From Candidatus Saccharimonadota bacterium (GTDB taxonomy: Bacteria > Patescibacteriota > Saccharimonadia > Saccharimonadales > OFTM59): a stretch of DNA of 64,000 nucleotides. Under the pieces are notes generated by a model. That model made no database searches. It was given only the letters and a program-made list of their open reading frames with translations, and was not told the origin of the DNA. The stretch covers positions 103-64,102 of the forward strand of contig JAJDCL010000009.1 of assembly GCA_029260875.1 (NCBI GenBank), written 5' to 3'. The translations under genes and the position numbers were made by a program. The first letter of the stretch is position 1; the number at the start of each line of letters is the position of its first letter. Below, one piece after another: positions 48,866 through 58,472 of the stretch.

Positions 48866-48928
48866 TACAGACAAGTATACAATTATCAAGCTTGACTAGG
48901 CTAGGGTCCTAACAGTTATAATGCCCTG

Positions 48929-49738
48929 ATGGCACACCCGGAGTATCAGTATCTAAGGCTAATGGCCCACATCCTTGAAAATGGCAAAAGTAAGCCAACT
49001 CGCGGCATTCACGGTATTAAAAGTGTCTTTGGCTATCAGGTCCGTTTTGACCTACGCCAGGGGTTCCCATTACTCACGACCAAGAGGATGCCATTTTCCT
49101 TGCTTTTGCACGAGTTGCTTTGGTTTGTCTCCGGTAGTAGCAATATTGGGTATCTCCAAGAGCACGGAATTCACTATTGGGATGAATTTGCCGATAAGGA
49201 CCTGAACCTAGGGCCAGTGTACGGTGTGCAGTGGCGGCACTGGAAGGCGCGTGGTGGCAAGGAGATAGATCAGCTTGCCTGGGCAATTAACGAAATTAAA
49301 AACAACCCTAACTCAAAAGGTATCTTGGTCAGTGCCTGGAACCCTGCTGAGCTAAAGGAAATGCGCTTACCTCCGTGTCACACGATGTTCCAGTTTGACG
49401 TTACAAAGGGCAAGCTAAGGCTGCAACTTTACCAGCGGTCGTGGGATGTTTTTTTGGGGGCACCGTTTAATATTGCCCAGTATGCTCTGCTATTGATGAT
49501 GGTAGCACATTTAACCGGCCTGGAGGCTCGTGAACTCATAATATCAGCTGGAAATGCGCACCTGTACCGCAACCATATAGACCTTGCAACTGAGCAATTA
49601 AAGCGTAAGCCTTACCCGCTACCCACGCTCAAAATTGTCGGTGACACTAAGGACATAGACAGCTTTACGCCCGAAAATTTTGTACTAGAAAATTATGTCG
49701 CACACCCGCGCATTAAGGCCGATCTAGTTATCCTTTAG
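48929..49738 (+). CDS. thyA: Thymidylate synthase
   Basis: FPLLTTK, LGPVYG, LPPCH, QRSWDVFLGAPFN, AHLY. Confidence 0.95.
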   Translation: MAHPEYQYLRLMAHILENGKSKPTRGIHGIKSVFGYQVRFDLRQGFPLLTTKRMPFSLLLHELLWFVSGSSNIGYLQEHGIHYWDEFADKDLNLGPVYGVQWRHWKARGGKEIDQLAWAINEIKNNPNSKGILVSAWNPAELKEMRLPPCHTMFQFDVTKGKLRLQLYQRSWDVFLGAPFNIAQYALLLMMVAHLTGLEARELIISAGNAHLYRNHIDLATEQLKRKPYPLPTLKIVGDTKDIDSFTPENFVLENYVAHPRIKADLVIL

Positions 49739-50884
49739 ATTCTTATATATCAGCAAGTGCTCGGCGCACATTCTCCCTGCGGTAAAGCGCTGTTCAAATA
49801 CGCTTCTACAAACTTTGCGGCTTATGTATGAAGATTGGTCAAGAGCGGCTGCGAGGCCGCGGACTGTATGGCTGACATCTTGTGGCTTATATTCTATAAC
49901 TAGACCATTGGTGCCGTGCGTAATGACCTCAGGAATTGCGCCAACGTTAAGCCCGATTACTGGTGAAGCGCAGGCCAAAGCCTCTATCATTACCATCCCG
50001 AAGGGCTCCTCATACGTTGATGGCATAATCAAAGCTCGTGCATTACCCAGGAACTCTTGTCTTTTGCTGTCCGAGTCCAAAAAACCAACATATTCTACGT
50101 CAGGGTCGGCTAAGTGTGGCTCAATCTTTTCTTTCCAGTAACTATCCTTTTTGTAGCCCGCATAGTGCTTGCCTGCAAATATAAGTTTATGCTTTTTTTC
50201 GTGTGTAGCGTTGTAATGTTTAATGGCAGCAATTGCTAGGTGTAGCCCTTTATGTTCAATTATTCGCCCGAGGTAGGCGAAATAGTCTGCAGTCGGGTTA
50301 TAGTTCGGCTGGAAACGGTCGGTGCGTATCCCGTGATATATATTGCCAACCCAGTTAGTATTGTCAGGCATGCTGAGCCGCTGCGACAAAGATATTGAAA
50401 GCCAGTTGAGACGGTTGTATTTTGGAAAAGTGTTTTTGTATTTTACCAATAAGTTAAATGGGTCATGGTGTGTTAGTACTACGGGCTTATTACAAAGGCT
50501 TATAAACGGTAGTGCTATGTCCTCTTCGTTCGTATAGATGTGCACGACGTCTAGCTCGTCGTTGTTTGCCATTGAAAACGCCTTGGCGATCAGTTCACCC
50601 TGGACTTGTCTAGCGAGGGAAATAAAGGTTATAGGGTGCTTCTTCAAGAGGTCTATATAGCTGTCCCCTCTCCGCGCAAGTTCTTCCTCGAACAAGCTAA
50701 GATCGGCGCTAATGTTCCTGGCAGAAGTATTTATTGGCCCAGGAGAAAAAAGCGTTATCTCTACCTCGCTCGTTGCCACTAACCCATCACAGATATCAAG
50801 GGCTAGGTTTGCGGGGGCAAAAACGACTTTTGGCAAAATATCACGATGCATAAAGATATGAGGCACCACAAAACCAATCCTCAT
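49724..50884 (-). CDS. GT4 glycosyltransferase
   Basis: YLGRIIEHKG, EEPFGMVMIEA. Confidence 0.92.
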   Translation of the reverse strand: MRIGFVVPHIFMHRDILPKVVFAPANLALDICDGLVATSEVEITLFSPGPINTSARNISADLSLFEEELARRGDSYIDLLKKHPITFISLARQVQGELIAKAFSMANNDELDVVHIYTNEEDIALPFISLCNKPVVLTHHDPFNLLVKYKNTFPKYNRLNWLSISLSQRLSMPDNTNWVGNIYHGIRTDRFQPNYNPTADYFAYLGRIIEHKGLHLAIAAIKHYNATHEKKHKLIFAGKHYAGYKKDSYWKEKIEPHLADPDVEYVGFLDSDSKRQEFLGNARALIMPSTYEEPFGMVMIEALACASPVIGLNVGAIPEVITHGTNGLVIEYKPQDVSHTVRGLAAALDQSSYISRKVCRSVFEQRFTAGRMCAEHLLIYKNLKDN

Positions 50885-50916
50885 TCTTGAACTTCGTCTT
50901 TGCATTATAAGGGTTA

Positions 50917-51009
50917 CTATTCTTCGTTTTCGTCTAGAAAGCTTAGATCCAGCTCTTCGCTGCCCAAATCATTATCATCGTAGTATCCGTCAGCTTCTAA
51001 GTCTGCCAT
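50917..51009 (-). CDS. 30-aa acidic microprotein (MADLEADGYYDDNDLGSEELDLSFLDENEE)
   Basis: RBS GGAG, double stop TAG TAA, 13 D/E and no K/R. Confidence 0.65.
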   Translation of the reverse strand: MADLEADGYYDDNDLGSEELDLSFLDENEE

Positions 51010-51092
51010 AACCAATCTCCGTTTATATCTGTTATTATGCTGGGTGTTCAATAAAAAGTAAAGTTGGTGAAGGTAGATTGTCGTGACCATAT

Positions 51093-51887
51093 CTAGGCCT
51101 TTTGCTCCGCAGTCTGAGTTGGTATATATGACTGAGCTGTCTGGTAAAGGTTCTCAAGGCCATTTTGCCGCAAATCCTTCAGAATCTGGGCAGCACAACG
51201 ATTAACGTCCTCAAATGTGCCGTTACTCATAATAGTACAATCTGCCTTTATGTTGTCGCGCTCTCTCTCAGTAGGGTCTAGCATATCGTTTTGTAAATGA
51301 GTTGGACGGTAAACCTTCATAATAATGCCTCCGGCACTGCGAATGGCTGTCTCATCACTAGGGAACCTCAAGCCACCCACTATGCATAGCTTGTACCCCT
51401 TTGTACCTGCTGAGTGAATCTGCCTTATTATTTGGTCAAACCAAATAGTTTGGCTGACACGCTGAACAAGGTACCCACCCAGCCATTGCAAAAATGGCCT
51501 ATAGGTTTCCTTGTTGTAGTGGGATATTTGCTGCTTAGCTAATTGAGGATTGCGTTTCAGGTTTTCTACGTGCATGATGAGCTTTTGGTATTCGACTGGA
51601 TGTTGTTCAATCGCCGCCTGATCAAGTTGTATTTGTTCAAACGTACAATGTACCTGCAAATGTTCTAGCAATATTGCCGGTAAGCTACGTAGCCAAGTAT
51701 TCAACCCCACAACATCGTAAGGGTCAGGGATATCCGTAAGCACACCATGCATCGCGTTGGCCACATCCGCGACTACTAAACTAGTCTCAAGGTGTACCGA
51801 GGACGGCTCGAGCTTTTTGAGCGCATTAGCAAACGTGCTTTTTCCATGCCCAATAGGTCCGGTAAGTCCGATAATAATCATTACCAT
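51093..51887 (-). CDS. Deoxynucleoside monophosphate kinase-like P-loop protein
   Basis: IIGLTGPIGHGKST, RPFLQWLG, GLRFPSDE (phage-type dNMP kinase motifs). Confidence 0.7.
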   Translation of the reverse strand: MVMIIIGLTGPIGHGKSTFANALKKLEPSSVHLETSLVVADVANAMHGVLTDIPDPYDVVGLNTWLRSLPAILLEHLQVHCTFEQIQLDQAAIEQHPVEYQKLIMHVENLKRNPQLAKQQISHYNKETYRPFLQWLGGYLVQRVSQTIWFDQIIRQIHSAGTKGYKLCIVGGLRFPSDETAIRSAGGIIMKVYRPTHLQNDMLDPTERERDNIKADCTIMSNGTFEDVNRCAAQILKDLRQNGLENLYQTAQSYIPTQTAEQKA

Positions 51888-52037
51888 TATTCTACCAGAC
51901 GCATCCCTGTCCTGCCATCTTCTAAGCTAAAATTAATAACTTGTTCCTGAACATAAAACTGTACGTTTGAGACAGAATATATTGGTTACTAAAAAACACC
52001 ATAAAACCTGGTTTCAAATAAATGCGTTCTGATCTGA

Positions 52038-52371
52038 TTAAAACTCACTATTATACAATGTGACCTTCTGGCCCCCTTGCCCATCGGCAATAATGGTAGC
52101 CAAACCTCCTTCTTCGCCAAAGGGCCATTTGCCCAAAAAGCTTGCTGCAAAATCTACAAGTATTTCCCTAACCGCAGGACCGCCAATTCTTAGCAAAGTT
52201 TCTCTTTCTTCAGCTGAAACGTACAAGCTAGCTCGAAAATCACGGTCTGGTAGCCCCTGGGCAGAAATTGGCATAGCTAGCTAGTAAGCCTCTCTCTACT
52301 CTGCCATTGTAATCATCAAGACAAGCTTGAACCACTTCTTGTGTATCCCCATATCTACGCTCGTTATTCAT
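52038..52371 (-). pseudogene. Orphan gene frameshifted by a 4-bp duplication
   Basis: Removing one 4-nt unit of TAGCTAGCTAG (52274-52284) joins MNNERRYG...GLLA to MPISAQG... into 109 aa. Confidence 0.65.
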
Positions 52372-52424
52372 AGAAATAACTATACAGAAGAAAAATTACT
52401 AATCAATTTTCTATTATCAACTTG

Positions 52425-53456
52425 CTAAAGGCTGTTGATGTCGGATAGGTCTATTGCAACCGATGGGCCCATGGTGCTTGTAGTAAAAGCAGAAAGTATA
52501 TAAGTGCCTTTGACGCTTGCTGGCTTGTTGCTTTTGATGCTTGCAAGAATTGCTTTCGCATTTTCAAAAAGTTTTTCTGGCCCAAAGCTGACTTTGCCTA
52601 TACCGGCGTGCACAATACCCGTGCTGTCCACCCGGTACTCAACGCGTCCTGCCTTTGCTTCTGCCACTGCTTTTGCTACGTCTGTCGTAACCGTACCACT
52701 CTTAGGGTTTGGCATAAGACCCTTCGGACCAAGTACGCGAGCATATTTGCCGAGTCTTGGCATCATTGCGGGAGTGGCTACCAGCACGTCAAAATCTAAT
52801 ATGCCTTTATCCAGCTGTTCCAAGAACTCGTCTGATGCTGCAAGATCCGCGCCGGCCTTTTTTGCTACCGCAACATCCTCTGCGTTACCAAATACAGCTA
52901 TACGAATATTCTTGCCTGTGCCCGCTGGCAATACCACCATGTCGCGAACATTTTGATCGGCTTGCTTTGGGTCTACCGACAGCCTGACATGAAGCTCAAC
53001 AGTTGCATCAAATTTAACGATGCTTAGATCCATTACTGTCTTGACAGCTTCTTTTACGTTGTACTGCTTGGATCTTTCAATCTTGGCATAAGCTTCACGA
53101 TAATTTTTACCTCGTCTTTTCAAGCGGTCTTCCGCTGTCCGCTGCTTGGGCTTGACTACAGGCTTTTCTGCTTTTGACTCTGCTTCGGATGCATGTGTGG
53201 CTTTGCGTTCTTCCTTAGCTTGTTTCTCTTGTTCTTCTTTTAGTGCCTTAGCGCTACGCTTGCCTGCCTTTGCTGTTTTTGACTCACTCTTTAACTCAGA
53301 AGTTGCTATTTCTTCTTTGCTTTTTGCTTTACTTGTAGCACTAGCAACTTTTTTAGTAGTCCCATCTTTAGCTTCTTTCTCCGCAATCTTTGCGGCAGTT
53401 TTTTTAGTCTCTACTTTGCCTGATTCTTTAGTACTCTTATCTTTGGCTTCTGCCAT
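52425..53456 (-). CDS. rplA: 50S ribosomal protein uL1 with a long charged N-terminal extension
   Basis: KFDATVELHVRL, LGPKGLMPNPKSGTVT. Confidence 0.98.
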   Translation of the reverse strand: MAEAKDKSTKESGKVETKKTAAKIAEKEAKDGTTKKVASATSKAKSKEEIATSELKSESKTAKAGKRSAKALKEEQEKQAKEERKATHASEAESKAEKPVVKPKQRTAEDRLKRRGKNYREAYAKIERSKQYNVKEAVKTVMDLSIVKFDATVELHVRLSVDPKQADQNVRDMVVLPAGTGKNIRIAVFGNAEDVAVAKKAGADLAASDEFLEQLDKGILDFDVLVATPAMMPRLGKYARVLGPKGLMPNPKSGTVTTDVAKAVAEAKAGRVEYRVDSTGIVHAGIGKVSFGPEKLFENAKAILASIKSNKPASVKGTYILSAFTTSTMGPSVAIDLSDINSL

Positions 53457-53469
53457 AATCTGTCCTTTC

Positions 53470-53499
53470 GTGGTACAAGCGACTTTCTAGGCCTCCCAC
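53470..53499 (-). promoter_or_regulatory. L1-binding autoregulatory element before rplA
   Basis: GTGGGAG...ACCAC hairpin between rplK and rplA. Confidence 0.7.
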
Positions 53500-53514
53500 A
53501 AATTATTTTATTAC

Positions 53515-53946
53515 TTACTCTTCAACTTCTACACCCATACTACGGGCTGTGCCGGCAACTTGTTTTTTAATTGCTTCTACATTGTCCGTATTCATGTCTT
53601 GCGCCTTTGATTCCGCAATTTCTTGAAGTTGAGATTGACTTAGCTTTTTGCTAATTTTCTCTGTGTTCGGCTTTCCTGAACCCTTGTTTATACCCAGTTT
53701 GGCGCGAATCATGTCGTCAGTTGGTTGGCCAACTACTCGAAACGCCATGGTCCGATCATCATAGACCGTAACATGAGCCGTAACAGTTACGTTACCCAAA
53801 TCACGGGTTTGTTCATTAAACGGATTTACAAAATCCATCATGTTGACACCATATTGGCCCAAAATACTACCTACAGGTGGTGCTGCACTAGCTTTGCCAG
53901 CTGGAAGTTTCATTTTTAGATTTGCTTTTACTTTCTTCTCTGCCAT
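53515..53946 (-). CDS. rplK: 50S ribosomal protein uL11
   Basis: AGKASAAPPVGSILG, GTARSMG. Confidence 0.97.
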   Translation of the reverse strand: MAEKKVKANLKMKLPAGKASAAPPVGSILGQYGVNMMDFVNPFNEQTRDLGNVTVTAHVTVYDDRTMAFRVVGQPTDDMIRAKLGINKGSGKPNTEKISKKLSQSQLQEIAESKAQDMNTDNVEAIKKQVAGTARSMGVEVEE

Positions 53947-54070
53947 AAAAAAACTCCTCCTTAGGAGTGCGTAACCATTAAAGTCTACTACAAATTACCC
54001 CTGTTGTCCAGCCCTGGTTTTAGTTTGTGTTGATGAATCTTTACACTCTTCACCAATTGCTACGTACTAA

Positions 54071-54613
54071 TTAAACTCTCTTTACCTGTAAGCTGTCTAG
54101 CTCAACCGGTGTTTCGCGGCCGAACATGTTGACAAGCACTTTTAGTTTGCCTTTCGCAGCGTCAATTTCACTAATTGCGCCATCGAAGCCCTTAAAAGGC
54201 CCATCTGTGATACTTACAACTTCGCCAAGATTGTAGTCTATCTTATGCTTAGGCTCTTCACGACCCATTCGCTTCATGATTTTTTCCATTTCATCGGGAG
54301 CGATTGGTGTAGGCTCTGCGCCGCTACCGACAAAACCGGTTACGGATGGCGTGTTACGGACGATATACCACGCGTCCTCAGTCATTTTCATTTCAACCAT
54401 TACATAACCTTGGAAAATACGCTTTTCAACTACTTTCCGTTTGCCGTTCTTTACTTCTATCATTTTTTCTTTAGGCACAATTACTTGAAAAATCTTGTCT
54501 TTCATATCCAGACTATCGGCGCGTTGGCGAATAGACTCGGCAACCTTTTCTTCATAACCGCTGTATGTATGGATCGCGTACCAGTTTTTTTGTGAATCGT
54601 AGCGCTTATTCAT
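54071..54613 (-). CDS. nusG: Transcription factor NusG
   Basis: WYAIHTYSGYE, VRNTPSVTGFVG, MFGRETPVEL. Confidence 0.98.
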   Translation of the reverse strand: MNKRYDSQKNWYAIHTYSGYEEKVAESIRQRADSLDMKDKIFQVIVPKEKMIEVKNGKRKVVEKRIFQGYVMVEMKMTEDAWYIVRNTPSVTGFVGSGAEPTPIAPDEMEKIMKRMGREEPKHKIDYNLGEVVSITDGPFKGFDGAISEIDAAKGKLKVLVNMFGRETPVELDSLQVKRV

Positions 54614-55014
54614 TATCTTAATAACACCTTTCTAAATAAATTCTCTATACCTATATCAACCACCCAGATCATCGTCCCAAATACAAGTGCAAATATAAAC
54701 ACAGCGATTGTCAGCTTAGTAGTCTCCTGGCGACTTGGCCAGGTAACCTGACGAAGTTCCTGCCAGGCCTCTGCGAAAAACTTCGGGACAACGCTTCTTC
54801 GCTTGTTCAGTATGCGCCCCAGACGGTTGTCTGGTAATGGCAAGTAGTACTCTTTCTTACCAAAACGATAGGCTGCCTTAATAGGCTTTGCAGCACTGTT
54901 GGCTGTCCGATTAACCCGCCGTGGTCTTTTGTTTACTTGCTTTTTATCGGCGCGTTCGCGTACGGTTTCCGTCTTTTTGACGACCCTTCGCTTCTTTAAT
55001 TTTTCCTCAGCCAT
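54613..55014 (-). CDS. secE: Preprotein translocase SecE
   Basis: ELRQVTWPSR plus one TM; upstream of nusG. Confidence 0.93.
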   Translation of the reverse strand: MAEEKLKKRRVVKKTETVRERADKKQVNKRPRRVNRTANSAAKPIKAAYRFGKKEYYLPLPDNRLGRILNKRRSVVPKFFAEAWQELRQVTWPSRQETTKLTIAVFIFALVFGTMIWVVDIGIENLFRKVLLR

Positions 55015-55081
55015 ACTTTCTCCAAATAAAAACATCTACATATCTGTAGATGCGCTCGTGTCAATAGTACGCCCCGGATGA

Positions 55082-55711
55082 TTATTCGTCAACATCAGTT
55101 TTTTTGAGCTCGTGTCGTAACTGTAAGCCTGTGACAATGCCATAAGCAGCAAGCGCCAAGCCGCCAGCACCAAAAATGTTCTGTCCAAGTTCTTCCATTG
55201 CTGGATTGTCCTCGTTCATACCTTTAAAAGACAGTCCTACGCCTAAGGAAAGGCTTAAAGCTAGCAAGCCACCAGCCCCAGTTGCTATTAAGCGTCTTCT
55301 TAAGGTGTTATTCGGTTCTGAGCCCTTTTCCTGGAATCTTTCAGCTGGCTCTTCTGTAGTTGACGGCGACCAACGCATCCATAAGCACTTTGTGCCGGTT
55401 GCGTCGTCTACGGTGTGTCTCACAACTTCAAATTCTGTGTCTTGTGGCCTGACCAGTGCCCCACCATTGCACTGAATCGTGCCATCGTCACCGATATATG
55501 TGGTAGGTATTACTTTGTCAACGAAACCGTCTATATACCATCGCAGTCTATCCACTAACCCAGGATTTAAATTATCAACCCGAAAAAGTCCTCCACCGTG
55601 CTGCCCCGCCTCAACTACCCGCACGGCTGCCTGATGCAATGTAATGGCTTGTGGACCACTATTAAACAGCTTAATCGCATGCTCGGGTGAATGAGTTGAT
55701 TCATTAGTCAT
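55082..55711 (-). CDS. Hypothetical protein with two C-terminal TM helices
   Basis: 209-aa ORF. Confidence 0.7.
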   Translation of the reverse strand: MTNESTHSPEHAIKLFNSGPQAITLHQAAVRVVEAGQHGGGLFRVDNLNPGLVDRLRWYIDGFVDKVIPTTYIGDDGTIQCNGGALVRPQDTEFEVVRHTVDDATGTKCLWMRWSPSTTEEPAERFQEKGSEPNNTLRRRLIATGAGGLLALSLSLGVGLSFKGMNEDNPAMEELGQNIFGAGGLALAAYGIVTGLQLRHELKKTDVDE

Positions 55712-55825
55712 ATAATTTAATTATTCCACATTGTGAGTTAATCGGCAATATTTACATAACAAAGAAGATATTTAGTTAAGTTTGAATTTTCACTTGCGCT
55801 GTTATGCGTTATAGTCATAAGCGAG

Positions 55826-57310
55826 ATGGTTTATGCATTATTTCTTATTGGGGCGCTTCTTGAGTTGTTGTTGGTGTCATCTGTAGGGCTATGGAAGTAT
55901 CGACAGTTTGTAGCAGCTATAGTTGTTGCGCTTGTTGGCTTTTGGGCCGGCTACTTTGCTGTGACTATCTGGAACATATTTGGCGTGCTCATGTTTACAA
56001 TTAGTTTTTATCGCCTTTTTAGCTTGTTGCGTATAGCTAAAAACCGCATGAAAAGTGTTCGGCTATTAATGACAGTTCGTCGCACCTCATTTGTTTTGGT
56101 ACTTATACACCTAGTCCTGTACGTGCTGTATACCGCTGATCTGTCGCTAGACCGCTATGAACTTATGATTCTGCTGGTAGTGTTGCAATTATTGTCTAGC
56201 ATAGCTCTGCTTGGTATAACGGCCCGAAATGTCTTTAAAACAAAATATCATCCCAGTAAACATTACTTTAGTGATAAAGAACTGCCGACAGTAACAGTGG
56301 CTATACCCGCAAGGAACGAAACTGCAGAGCTCGCATCTTGCTTAGAGTCAATACTTTCAAGCAGCTACCCAAAGCTTGAGGTGTTAGTGCTTGATGACTG
56401 CTCTCTAGACCGTACTCCCGATATAATTCGCGATTTTGCACAAGATGGGGCGAGGTTTATTGAGGGCCACCCACCTAAAAGTCATTGGCTTGCAAAAAAC
56501 CAGGCTTATCAGCAACTCTTCGAGGCTTCCAGTGGGGAACTTATATTATTCTGCGGAGTTGATGTAAGACTTGGGCCGGATACGATACGTGCCCTAGTGA
56601 CGGCTCAACTCAGTAAGAAACGCGACATGATGAGTGTTATGCCGTTGCGTGTTGGTGGCGGGGTGCGCACGGCATTCATACAGCCACTACGCTATTGGTG
56701 GGAGATGGCGCTGCCACGCCGGTTCTTTAACAGGCCACCAGTTTTGAGTAGTTGTTGGATGATCAAGAAAACTGCACTTAAAAAGCTTGGTGGGTTTTCT
56801 GCCGTCAGTAAAAGCATCCTACCAGAAGCATATTTTGCACGTGAGCTTATCAAAACGGACGGCTACGCCTTTATACGTGCTGACGAGCATCTCGATGTGC
56901 GTACAGTTAAAGGCGTTGAGGCGCAATTGTCTACAGCACATAGGATACGTTACCCACAACTTCGCAAGCGTCCAGAAAATACGTTAATATTGAGCATGGG
57001 TTTGGCCGTGATTCTATTGATGCCTTTTTTGTTTGTGATAGAAGCTTTTTGGCACGGATTTGATTTGATAAGCTGGATGGCCGCGCTGACCTGTGTTCTA
57101 CTAATAATGACGCACTATATGATTCTTTCTACGACCAATCCCGCTAATAGTATGATTAGCTTGTTTAACTTTCCGGCTGTCATTATTACTGAGATAATTT
57201 TGCTGCATTTGTCGATGTATCGTTACGAATTTTCAATAGTTGAATGGAAGGGTCGCAATATTTGTATTCCCGTAATGCAGACCATACCACATCTACCTAT
57301 GGCTAAGTGA
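55826..57310 (+). CDS. Membrane GT2 glycosyltransferase
   Basis: VAIPARNE, LDDCSLD, WLAKN; N- and C-terminal TMs. Confidence 0.88.
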   Translation: MVYALFLIGALLELLLVSSVGLWKYRQFVAAIVVALVGFWAGYFAVTIWNIFGVLMFTISFYRLFSLLRIAKNRMKSVRLLMTVRRTSFVLVLIHLVLYVLYTADLSLDRYELMILLVVLQLLSSIALLGITARNVFKTKYHPSKHYFSDKELPTVTVAIPARNETAELASCLESILSSSYPKLEVLVLDDCSLDRTPDIIRDFAQDGARFIEGHPPKSHWLAKNQAYQQLFEASSGELILFCGVDVRLGPDTIRALVTAQLSKKRDMMSVMPLRVGGGVRTAFIQPLRYWWEMALPRRFFNRPPVLSSCWMIKKTALKKLGGFSAVSKSILPEAYFARELIKTDGYAFIRADEHLDVRTVKGVEAQLSTAHRIRYPQLRKRPENTLILSMGLAVILLMPFLFVIEAFWHGFDLISWMAALTCVLLIMTHYMILSTTNPANSMISLFNFPAVIITEIILLHLSMYRYEFSIVEWKGRNICIPVMQTIPHLPMAK

Positions 57311-58412
57311 TTATATTCGGAATAAAAATACTAAACGTTGAGCCATGGTTTAGCTCAGACTCAAGCTTAATTTCGCCGTTTAATAGTCTGATTAATTTTT
57401 GAGTTACATATAGCCCAAGCCCAGTGCCACTACTAGCTCTGGTACGAAAGTCCTCACTACGAAAGAATTTTGCAAACACTTTTTGCTTATCGGCCTTGCT
57501 TATACCAATGCCCGTGTCAGAAACAAAGAACTCCACACCATTCCCTCTAGGTTTTGCGCCAATTGTAATATGGCCCTCTTCGGTATATTTGATTGCATTG
57601 GTTATAAAGTTTTGCAGAATTTCACGGACATATAACTGGCTGGATTGCAGTGCCTCAAGACCAGGGTCAAGCTCGGTTTCGATTTTGAGCTGCTTGGCTT
57701 TGGCGTCGGATCGATACGTATTAGCAAGTGTACTAACAAGGTCGTAGACATTGATAGTTTCAATAGCTACACTCAGTTTGCCGCGTTCAGCACGTGACAA
57801 TGTGGCTAAGTCGTTAATTAGACCTGCTAAGAATTTAATTTGCACATGTGCTTGTTTAAGCGCCTCGCTTATAGCTTTATCTTTTTTAGGTAATTTATCA
57901 TATAGAAATTGAGCGTTACCAATGTTGCCTTCTGCGATTGCGATAGGAGTGCGTAGCTCATGACTCGTGACGCTTATGAATTCATCACGTTCTTCTTCTA
58001 ATGATTTCTCTCGTGTAATGTCGCGGAGAAGTACGACATGGCCATGGCCACCGCTGTGTCCATAGCCCAACCGTACCGGCGAAATACTTACATAAAGGCT
58101 TATTGTCTCGCCGTCCGGATAAGCCAACCTCCATTCCCGAGATGAAAATGATGTTCGCGCCTCATTTATAAGTTTGTTTAGATCAATAGGCTGGTCTGAT
58201 TTATCTAACAAGTGCAGTACGGTGCTAATTTGTTTACCTATTGGTGCTGTATTGATGTCCAGTATATTTAATGCTGCACCGTTCGTGATTACAATCACAC
58301 CACTTTCGTCCGTTGCGATAACGCCATCAGCCATGCTGTTTATAAGGCTGGTCAAACGTTCGTGGTCGAGCGTTGCGTTTTCGTGGCTTATTTTTGTGTT
58401 GTTATTTGCCAT
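57303..58412 (-). CDS. PAS-HisKA-HATPase histidine kinase
   Basis: SHELRTP, NAIKYT, DTGIGI, GTGLGL. Confidence 0.94.
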   Translation of the reverse strand: MANNNTKISHENATLDHERLTSLINSMADGVIATDESGVIVITNGAALNILDINTAPIGKQISTVLHLLDKSDQPIDLNKLINEARTSFSSREWRLAYPDGETISLYVSISPVRLGYGHSGGHGHVVLLRDITREKSLEEERDEFISVTSHELRTPIAIAEGNIGNAQFLYDKLPKKDKAISEALKQAHVQIKFLAGLINDLATLSRAERGKLSVAIETINVYDLVSTLANTYRSDAKAKQLKIETELDPGLEALQSSQLYVREILQNFITNAIKYTEEGHITIGAKPRGNGVEFFVSDTGIGISKADKQKVFAKFFRSEDFRTRASSGTGLGLYVTQKLIRLLNGEIKLESELNHGSTFSIFIPNIIT

Positions 58413-58472
58413 AAGCACATTCTATCAGCGACTCACCAATTATGGATAGTAATTACAGAATCTCCCAAGACA

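Noticed and set aside
48929..49738. dCMP hydroxymethylase rather than ThyA
   Set aside because: It retains the dUMP-specific Asn and has an adjacent DHFR
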